A stretch of DNA of 41,566 nt from Guillardia theta CCMP2712. Taxonomy: Eukaryota; Protista; Cryptophyta. How positions within the stretch are numbered: the first letter of the stretch is position 1; every line of letters starts with the position of its first letter. The notes under the pieces were generated by a model that saw only the letters and a program-made list of their open reading frames with translations, was not told where the DNA came from and ran no database searches. Made by a program: the position numbers and the translations under genes. Positions 11,720 to 20,727 of the stretch are shown here, in pieces. The stretch is from positions 1 to 41,566 of the forward strand of contig NW_005434410.1 in the NCBI RefSeq assembly GCF_000315625.1. Reading direction: 5' to 3'.

Positions 11720-14097
11720 TTGCCAAGACCACAGACACCTAAGTATTCGTCAGCTGCAGAACCACTTGAGGAAGAAACAACAACAACAAAACTAACAACG
11801 TTTGCACAAAACTCATACGCATCGTCCAAAATACATTCATCGAAACAAACAGAGGAACACCCGAACAACATGTTGGCAAAGGAACAAGATGTAAACAAGG
11901 TATCGCATCTAAACCATCAGTATGAAAACGAACATAATGAAAACAAGAAGGTGAAGAAGCCGCCAGGCTCTCTCCCCTGCCATCCCTTCTCACAAGTCAT
12001 GACCTCGACGGACATGCTCTCCGACGAGCTGCATCTGCATCAAGACCCCTGGAGCAGCACGTATCGTGCCGTCCTGGGCTGCGAAGAGAAGCTGCGACCA
12101 GTGTGCGTGCAGGTGCTCAGAGCTGACGGAGTGCCGGGAGACTCCAAGGCCGAGGTCGAGGACTTGATCGAGAACCTGGCGGAGGAGGCGGAGAAGATGG
12201 CAGGTCTTTCGCACCCCAACATCGCGCAGGTCGTGGGGTACGCCAAGGACGAGGACGCGAGGATGGGATGCCTCGTCATCGACTGTCACGGAGACGTGGG
12301 GAGCAGGAGCGTGCTGGTAGGGATCAGCTTCCAGGGCAGGCTGATGGACTGCGGGCTCTTCCGACTGAAGAGGGGCGGGAGGTCCACAGGAGGAGCCGCG
12401 GGGAGCGGGAGGGAGGGGGAGCTGCTGGTAGAGCTACTGACGGGGGTCGTGCGAGGAGGGGAGGAGGAGGGCGGGGGGAGGGCGAAGTGGGGAGAGTTGG
12501 GAGGTTTGGGGGAGGGGAGGGAGCTGGAGTGGGACAGCCGTGCAGGATGCTGGGGGGAGGGATGCAAGGAAGGGATGATGGGGGTGCTTGAGAGCTGCTG
12601 GAGGAGGAACAAGGGCCCGGGAGACACGCTCGCAGCCGTGTCGTCGAGGATGCGAGGGGTTGAGAGGAAGTACTGCCAGCCAACGAGGGAGGAGGCGCTG
12701 CTGCGGCAGATGGAGGAGGCGAGGGAGGAGCTGGAGAAGCTCAAGCTTGAGGGAGAGAGGAGGAGGCTACAGGGGAGGGTGAGGGCGGGGGAGTGTCTGG
12801 TGTGTCTGGAGGAGGCGGAGGAGGGAGTGGTGTGCTCGTCGTCGGCTCACTTCATCTGCTCGGAGTGTCTCCCGCAGGAAGTGGGGCGAGTGCTGGAGCT
12901 GGCAGAGACGGAGGGGGGCATCAGGCGAGGTTCGGGGAGAGGAAGGGGAAGATCGCCTGCGTAGCTCCAGGATGCGGGGGCGTGTACACGGACAAGGACC
13001 TGGCGGGGGCGCTGACGGCGGAGAAGTTCGAGAGGCTGATGGAGTGCCGGAGGAGGAGCATGAGGAGCGAGGTGTTTGCGGAGGTGATGGGGAGGATGAA
13101 GGACCTGAAGCTGGAGGGGGAGGAGGCCGCGACGAGGGAGCTGATCCGGCTGCAGCATCCGGATGCCCTGCAGTGTCCGAGGTGTCATACGGGGCCGGTG
13201 CTCCCGGAGGGATGCTCCGACCTTGGTATGCACCACCAGGAATGGTTCAAAGGAGCAATGTTCAGCAACGCGTGCAGGGCTTGCGGCTTCTTCGATCGCG
13301 ACCGGAACAACTGGGAGAAGTGGGATGGGAGGATGACAGGGCAGAGGGAGCAGGGGAGGCAGGGGGGAGCAGCAGCAGCAGCAGCAGGGGCATTTGGAAG
13401 GACACAGCTCAGGACAAGGCTGAAAAGGAGAGTCGTCATTAGGCATGATTCAACAGAAGAAGAGGATGAGGAGCAAGATGAGGACCAGGACTGGTACGAC
13501 GTTGTGAATGAGATCATTGAGCAAGAGTTGCATGGGGGATTGTATGACGACGGCGACGACGACGGAGACAGCGACGACGACGGAGATGAAGACGATAACC
13601 ACAACGACAACGACAACGACGAAGACGGATACAGCGACGACAACGGAGACGGCAACGACGATGGAGACGGATACGGAGACGACAACCACAAAGACAACAA
13701 CTACGAAAGAGAAGGAGAAGGAGATGAAGACGAAGACAGCGATGACAACAAAGGAGACGACAACGATGACAGAGACGAAAATGAGGACGATGACCACAAA
13801 GACAGCGACGACGGCGACGACACAGACGGAGACGACGACGAGGACAGTACCGACAACGAAGACAGTACAGTCGACGAAGACAGTACCGACGATGACGGAC
13901 CTGAACAAGAGCAGGATGGTCGTCCTGCAGTTCTAGGAGGTGCAACTCAGCCTGTTCCTGTTCGTCAAGAGCAAGACCATCCTCAGATTATAGGGGTGTG
14001 CAAATCGACCGGCCAGGTCTGCAAGAACTGCCTGAACGACAGAGGATGCCGATGGGCGTATCAACCAGACAAGTGGCCGGGACATGTGTCATGGTAA
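11720..14097 (+). CDS. Pelle/RLK-like pseudokinase + coiled coil + RING/RBR-like Zn fingers + acidic tract + C-terminal Cys4 module (copy A; one apparent frameshift, two in-frame deletions)
   Basis: ORFs 11720..12964 and 12793..14097 join if the G6 run at 12913-12918 has one more G (ETEGGHQARFGERKGKIAC). Motifs: LSHPNIAQVVGY, HGDVGSRSVLV, RLMDCGL, CLVC..CSSSAHFICSEC..CVAPGC, CPRCHTGPV..GCSDLGMHH..NACRACGFF..WEKWDG. First ATG at 11870. Confidence 0.75.
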
Positions 14098-17000
14098 AAT
14101 ATGAGCATGAGAGGCGGTGGGTGAGGATGTTCTTGTTACTTACTAAAGGCCACAAACACCATTGTGACTGTGCTCGATGAAGAAATGACATCTCGTCGAT
14201 GGAAATAACAATCTTGTTGAGACAAGGGAAGCATCTGGTCGTTTTCTTCCTCCTCCCGCTCTCCCGCTCCCTTCGGTCCCATCCCCTCGCTCGCTTCGCT
14301 TGTCCTACCTGCATGCGCGTAACAGACCCGGGCGCATTGGAGTTGTCCAAGAGCTCCACGTTCATTATTGTTTTAATCCATCGTGGTACAAAAATAATTG
14401 TTAAAAACCAACAAGGTCTGGTTCATTTTACAAATACAGTAATAACTTTTCTATGAAAACAATGTATAACTTTATATTTTTGTACTGCACAAGAGAATGA
14501 AGTATATTTATAGACATCCGCATTATTGCGTTTCCTAATCGCCGCCATGGCAGGCCCAGTGATCAGACGAGGGGAGGGGATGCAGAGGTGGCGGCAGGGA
14601 GAAGATGGCTAGTGAGGAGCTCCTTGTACGCTGAGAGTCGTGCCATTGTGGAGATGTATTTTGAGCTGTTGGGAAGCGAGCTAGTTAGAGTCGCCCGGAG
14701 GTTTATCTGCCGATTGCATATACAGTATAACGACAATGCACTGAGAGTTGTGTTGGAATTGCAGAGGTCTCACAGATGGTTTCATTTCGTGTGTCTTTGA
14801 AGGGTTGCGGCCCTCATTCGGTGATGTTATCAGTGTGAAGATGTATACGACATAGATTATCATGAAAGTAGAAGATGTTCCCTGACTCACTCGCAGAAAA
14901 CATTGAGCGCAAGGATGAAGAGGATCAGGTTTGCTTGCAAACCATGCATTGATGCAAGACAGAAGTGTGACAGCTTCCAGCCATGCGCGAGGTGAGGAGA
15001 GAGGGAGAGAGTATGCTTCTGTCTATGCCATGCTCGTGCAGATGATGATGATAATGATGATAACGGTGACGATGTCGAATATGATGATGCTGAGGGAGGG
15101 GAGGGGAGAATGCTTACAGTTGCGTATCATGTCTTGTGGCATGTGGTCGCTTGCGGCTGCGTATCATGTCTTGTGGCATGTGGTCGCTTGCGGATGCGTA
15201 TCTTGTCGAGTCACTGAGTGGTGTCGCTGCCTTCGCCTGCTGTAGTCTCGAGCGTGTCTCGGGCTCTTGCATCTTCTTGCCAGCTGCTGATTGACGTGTG
15301 AGTCAATGGTGACGGTTGTTGTCATGGGGGTGCAGGTGCGTCAAGCACAACATGGCAGGGCGTTGCGTGAGACTGAGAGAGACGAAGCCCTCGAGGACCA
15401 GGAGCTTGGTCGCGTGCGTTGTGTGCAAGAGATCCAAGGTCAAGTGCGACGAGGGCCGACCCTGCTCCGCTGCAGGCGTCTGGAGAAAGCGGAGCAGTGC
15501 GTGTACGAAGACATGGAGCTGATAGTCACGGACGACGGGATGCGAGAGGTGGAGCAAGCAGACCTTGCACTGGCGCATGAGAGGAGGCGGATGGGAGAGC
15601 TGCGGGTGGAGAGACCGCTAGACTTCTGGATCCGAAGCGTGTCGTTCGACAAGCCGTCAGCGCTGCGGGAGCAGATGAACTCGATGGGGTGGCCGGATCG
15701 CGTGCTGGCGAGGCACTGGGAGTTCGGCTTCAGCGCGAAGGAGCTCATGAAAATCTTTGTCTGTCTTCCTCCCTACCTGCAGCAGGTAACGCGACGAGCG
15801 CTGCATGCGGTAGAGATCATCATGGCAGACAAGATCGAGAAGCAGAGTCGGAGAGTGGAGGACCACCTGCTGATGGGGGGAGGCGAGACGGAAGTGAAGC
15901 CAGACTTGGAGGTAGACCGAGCATTCTACGACCAGCAGACCTTTGGGTTGATCAAGCAGCATCTGCATCCGTCGACGGGGCAGCGGGCCCATGTGTTTGT
16001 CTCGGACAAGACATGCAAGCTAGTCGGGCTACATGTGGAGGAGATGCTGGCGAGGTTAGCGAACAGAGAGCTGTCACTAATGAGCACGGAGTTTTCCTAC
16101 TTCTGCTACGTGATGTTCGGCACCTGGTCCTTCGCAGTCAGGCCGGGGCAGCCGATGACTTTGTTGTTAAGACTTCGAAATTTCAGCAACGAGATGGGGG
16201 CAGGGTGTGCGTTCACACGGGTAATTCAGCAGCAGGAGTTCGATAGCTACGGCAGGGTGAAGGCTATGAAGACATTCCTTGTACCGGTGAGTCAGGAGGG
16301 GAGAGGAGAACACAGGCAGCTGGAGAGGCGCTGATCTAACACTTGCTGCGGGGCAGGTGGAGCGGGGGGAGTACGAGTCAGCTGTGATGCCGTGGGAGGG
16401 TTCGAGTACGAGAATACAGATGCACTTGAACGCTGGACGAGACTACGAGGCATGGAAGAGCGACTTCGTGTCAGACTTGTACGCGGTGAGAATGGAGAGG
16501 GGTGGAAGGGGAAGGGAGAGGGGAGAGCTTTGGGCGCCAACGTGCTGATGGGAGATGTGGTGGCTGCAGGACGAGACGATCATTGGCATGCAGAAGTCGA
16601 GGGAAGGGATGCAGCGGCTGTACGCACTAGCGGAGGATCTTGAGAGGATGTACCAGCCGTTCCTGGAGCTGGCGGAGAAGATCCTGCATGAGAGGATGGG
16701 GCAAGAGACTGGGAGACCGTGGGTGGGAAGCGACTGCAATGCGATGGGGGGGGAGAGAGAGGAGAGGAGGACAGAGGTGTGAGAAGCTGCTGGTTGTTTG
16801 TCTCGTGGTTGTGTCATGATGAGTTTGTGCAATATCTGTTTATTCTCTACGTCAACCTGGTTCTTAGTACATTTGTAGCTCAGAGGCGTCCAGGCTCCCC
16901 ACTTCAGGCCCCGGATCTCAGTCTACCGGGGTTAAAAACCACTACATGAACCCGGGGCCCGATGGGCCGTGACGGGCTGAAGACGATCGCACTGGATGAC

Positions 17001-17314
17001 CGGGGATACCTAGAGGCCCGGACTCGGCCTGGGAGGGCAGCTGGGCTGACCGAAGAGCCGAGCAGCCGGCGGAGGCAGTCAAAGTACCTGATACTCAGAT
17101 GTGCCCGGGCCTGCCTTGCCCGGCCCACCGACACCTCCGGTTGGTGGAGCAGAGCTGGCAGGCCCGGCCAGTAGTGACGCAGGCCCCGATGATGCCCCGG
17201 CGCTGAGCCCGAGCAGCCGGCTGAGCGTCAGGCACGCGACCCATAGGAGGCATGAAGAGATACTCCACGTCCACTTCTCTCCTCCAAGCAGGCACTGGCC
17301 CTGACAAGCCCTCA

Positions 17315-17364
<50 letters not shown>

Positions 17365-18396
17365 AGAAGCTGTAGCTGTCGGCGCCCCCTGCCTCCCCTC
17401 GCTCCCTCCTGCCCTGTCATCCTCCCATCCCACTTCTCCCAGTTGTTCCGGTCGCGATCGNNNNNNNNNNNNNNNNNNNNNNNNNNNNNNNNNNNNNNNN
17501 NNNNNNNNNNNNNNNNNNNNNNNNNNNNNNNNNNNNNNNNNNNNNNNNNNNNNNNNNNNNACCCCCATCATCCCTTCCTTGCATCCCTCCCCCCCAGCAT
17601 CCTGCACGGCCTGTCCCACTCCAGCTCCCTCCCCTCCCCCAAACCTCCCCACTCTCCCACTTCGCCCTCCCCCGCCCTCCTCCTCCCCTCCTCGCACGAC
17701 CCCCGTCAGTAGCTCTACCAGCAGCTCTCCTAGAGCCCTCACCTCTGCCTCCTCGTCGTACTCCTCTCCTCCTCTGCCCTTCAGCCTCCCTCCCCCTCGC
17801 CCTTCCGTCCCACTCCCCGCGGCTCCTCCTGTGGACCTCCCGCCCCTCTTCAGTCGGAAGAGCCCGCAGTCCATCAGCCTGCAGTGGAAGCTGATCCCTA
17901 CCAGCACGCTCCTGCTCCCCACGTCTCCGTGCAGACTCCCGCCCGCTCCTTCCCCGTGGAGGTAGCTTAGCGCCCCCACCAGCCCCGCTGCCTCCCGCAC
18001 TCGAAGCCTCCACGTGAAGCTCTCCGACTCCTTGTCGCTCCTCAGCACCTCCTCCAGCAGCCCTCTCCCGCACGGCCAGTCGATGATGAGGCATCCCATC
18101 CTCGCGTCCTCGTCCTTGGCGTACCCCACGACCTGCGCGATGTTGGGGTGCGAAAGACCTGCCATCTTCTCCGCCTCCTCCGCCAGGTTCTCGATCAAGT
18201 CCTCGACCTCGGCCTTGGAGTCTCCCGGCACTCCGTCAGCTCTGAGCACCTGCACGCACACTGGTCGCAGCTTCTCTTCGCAGCCCAGGACGGCACGATA
18301 TGTGCTGCTCCAGGGGTCTTGACGCAGAAGCAGCTCGTCGGAGAGCATGTCCGTCGAGGTCATGACTTGTGAGAAGGGATGGCAGGGGAGAGAGCC
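11964..18396. repeat. Long inverted duplication: arms ~11964-13390 (+) and ~17320-18396 (-)
   Basis: ggctctctcccctgccatcccttctcacaagtcatgacctcgacggacatgctctccgacgagct at ~11966 is the reverse complement of ~18331-18396. Similarity continues to the (GCA)n tract in both arms. Confidence 0.92.
14605..16782 (+). CDS. Transcription factor with two tandem Zn(II)2Cys6 binuclear clusters (apparent 1-nt frameshift in cluster 2)
   Basis: Cluster 1 CKPCIDARQKCDSFQPCAR|CVKHNMAGRC spans intron 14992-15335. Cluster 2 CVVCKRSKVKCDEGRPCS(R)CRRLEKAEQC needs +1 nt at ~15467. Then a long exon to ~16287 and two further exons ending at TGA 16782. Start is either 14605 (spliced) or 14915. Confidence 0.82.
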
Positions 18397-18498
18397 TGCG
18401 ATATGCTTCTTGTCTTTATCCTCCTCCTCCACCACCACCACCTCCTCCTCCTCCTCCTCACCATCATCATCATCGCCTACTCCGCAACGTCTCGGCAT
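17095..18498 (-). CDS. Pelle/RLK-like pseudokinase-RING/RBR-like gene, inverted copy B (middle hidden in N-gap)
   Basis: Nearly identical to copy A from GSLPCHPFSQVMTSTDML onward. Retains FTWRLRVREAAGLVGALSYLH. Resumes after the gap at the RDRNNWEKWDG-coding sequence and ends GACVTTGRACQLCSTNRRCRWAGQGRPGHI. Frameshifts in G-rich sequence beside the gap. Confidence 0.72.
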
Positions 18499-18573
18499 TT
18501 TTCCAGCTTGGTGGCTCCCCTCATCCCCCTCCTACACTGTAACTCCTGCAACTGAAGCAGCAACTGAAGTTGA

Positions 18574-18607
18574 CTCGTACTGATTTTAACTTAACTTTGA
18601 GTAAAAG
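18574..18607 (+). repeat. AT-rich dispersed motif, copy 1 (ctcgtactgattttaacttaactttgagtaaaag)
   Basis: Reverse complement of copies at 19629 and 20273. A partial copy ttgtcctcgtactgat lies at 18637-18652. Confidence 0.9.
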
Positions 18608-18659
18608 AACTTGGAAGTACCGTACGTACTCAGTCGTTGTCCTCGTACTGATTACGATG

Positions 18660-19023
18660 CTGCCGTCAAGACGCCTGCTGCAGCTCCAGGAGGTGCGAAC
18701 TGCTCAAGGCTCCGAGATGAAATGGTGATGACTCCGTAACGGCTTCAAACGGCTCTTGCCAGTACGCACAGGCCGGCCCGGCTGGAAGCGCAACGGCTGG
18801 GAAGGGAGCTAGACATCTATGACCTCAAGGCAAGTCAATGGCTTCGTCAATCCAGCAGCACCGTGTCAGTGTGAGACCCTCACGATCTGATACTGACAGT
18901 GCTTCAGCTGAGCTCACCTAACAAGGAGTACGGTCGCACTCAGCGGCATCTCAAGTGGCACCCGCAGGCTCATGGTCCCTGCGCCTCTATCAAGCTCACA
19001 TACGACGAGAGCCTTGCAAGGTA
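18660..19023 (+). mobile_element. Possible heavily decayed Ty1/Copia reverse-transcriptase fragment
   Basis: Across frames: (A)VKT..LQ..LQEV (~18662-18695), RPGWK (~18775), IYDLKASQW (18815-18841) and DPH follow the order of Copia RT DVKTAFL..PPG..YGLKQAxRxW..DPC. Contains stops and indels; judged by eye only. Confidence 0.3.
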
Positions 19024-19179
19024 GCCGCTGGCGATCAGACCTTCCCATGCGGGCTTCTCCTCCCTTCCGGGCCTGCTGTCCTTGCTGGCATGCTGATCGG
19101 ACCCGCCGTCTGTGCTCGCTCAATATGCCGCTTCCCCTGCAACGCGGCAGTCAGGCTTGCATGCCAGGCTGATGCGGCT

Positions 19180-19620
19180 GCCTCAGTCCCGGCGACTCTG
19201 TGACGTGCTCGCATATCCCGGGCCCGCTTCCCGGGCCCGCAGTCACGCCCTTGCATACCGTCGTACCGATCGGACCCGCCCGTGCTCGCAAATGCTCCCT
19301 CCGACCCCGGGCCGCAGTCCTTGCACCCGCGGCCCGTGCTCGCGCCCGGGGCCGGGCCCCGGCCCCGGGAGGAGTGAGGAACTTTTGAAGGCTTCGAGTC
19401 AACCGGGTGACCGCCGGCCCGGGGCCCGTGACAGCCTGTGACCGTACCGTGACGATCCTGACGATGAGTCATGGGCCGATCGGTCCGGTCCGGGCCGGGC
19501 GGCCGGGCGGCCCGGGCCCGGCCGACCGGACTCCGGGACGGGCCGGGTGACGTACGGATCATCGGATCGGACGGCGGCGGTCACTGCGGAGTCACTCGCT
19601 ACCGGGTCACCCTCAGTGCG
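19180..19620. other. Very GC/CpG-rich island dense in short palindromes (CCCGGG, GGGCCC, CGATCG, CGTACG, CGGCCG)
   Basis: Directly visible compositional anomaly. All overlapping ORFs are low-complexity R/G/P/A. Confidence 0.7.
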
Positions 19621-19628
19621 GCTAGCTT

Positions 19629-19667
19629 CTTTACTCAAAGTTAAGTTAAAGATCAGTACGAGGACAA
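19629..19667 (-). repeat. AT-rich dispersed motif, copy 2
   Basis: ctttactcaaagttaagttaaagatcagtacgaggacaa on the + strand. Confidence 0.9.
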
Positions 19668-20261
19668 TCAGGAGAGTCGAGGAGGCTTGACCCTGACACT
19701 GTCGCACAGGCCAAACGGCGAGAAGAGAAAAGACAGCGAGAACCAAACCTAAACCTGCCGACTGCTGTCCCCCAAACTTAACTGATACCTTCACTTAACG
19801 GCGCGCTGGACAATCCCCCCGCGCCGCCATGCCAGCGATGTCGCGGTGGCCGCCGCCGAATACCGGGATGCACCCGCGATGATGGCAGCGTACTACCGGA
19901 CAGGGAGGCCTTGAGCTGACGAAAGATCCTGGACCGGATGCGTTTGCAAGTCGGATCACCTGAGACGTCTTGCGAGGCCGAGAGACCATCCAGCGCTGCC
20001 GTTTCCTTGTTCGCCGAGCGATCCGCCAGCCACCACAGAAAGCGCAACGCATCCGATACGGTCCTGCAAGAGGCCATCAGTGCTGGCGATGATGGGAAGA
20101 AAGGCCTTTGGCGGGACGTGCTGAGCATATGCATTACGATGCCCTCGGATCTTCCGCTGTGCTGCCGCTTGCAGTTTGCTCCGAGCGAGGTCCGGTATTC
20201 CATCATTGTCAAACACATGTGACATGCTGAAGTCCAGGATTTAACCCATGCCATCCGCCTC

Positions 20262-20309
20262 CAGTAGCCATCTCTTTACTCAAAGTTAAGTTAAAAATCA
20301 GTAGCCATC
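20262..20309 (-). repeat. AT-rich dispersed motif, copy 3, flanked by an 11-bp direct repeat
   Basis: cagtagccatc-tctttactcaaagttaagttaaaaat-cagtagccatc. Confidence 0.9.
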
Positions 20310-20727
20310 AGTTGTGGAAGTTCAAAGCTAGGCTATCCGTAACATATGGGGTGGGGTATTGATCAGGAGATAGGTAGGGTGGGTGGGTCCGATTTGTCTC
20401 TTCAACTCGCCGTTCATGGCAGGGAAGGTAAGAAACAAGGAAAGACGGGGAATGCTGGGAAGAGATGAGTGAGAGATGTGGCAACGGAGGAGGAGGATGC
20501 CATCTTGCTAATGCACTACATGCTGTAAGAGTGTGTTGAGCGATGAAGTTAGCGAGTATGGGGTGTAGAACACGATTGCAAGGCCTGATCATACCACTCG
20601 AGAAAGGTTTTCTCGATAGCAAAAGGCATCATAACTATTGGTCAGTGTGTCCTCATTTCCTTGGCATACTTGATACATAGTTGTGATCTGTGTGCGTGAG
20701 CGTCCGAAGTCGATGTGAGCACCTGAC

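Noticed and set aside
13450-13945. Thr-rich, Val-rich and Arg/Cys-rich overlapping ORFs
   Set aside because: Alternative frames of the (GAC)-rich acidic tract of the pseudokinase-RING gene.
15121-15200. ~38-bp tandem duplication in the TF intron
   Set aside because: Two copies plus a partial third; ordinary slippage duplication with no further structure.
16880-17095. Possible structured ncRNA, tRNA-Sec or SECIS in the GC-rich patch between convergent genes
   Set aside because: No cloverleaf, box A/B or SECIS core could be identified by eye; an Infernal/Rfam scan would be needed.
18574-20309. CRISPR-like array from the ~30-bp repeats
   Set aside because: Only three copies, mixed orientation, spacers of 0.6-1.0 kb, no cas genes, eukaryotic context.
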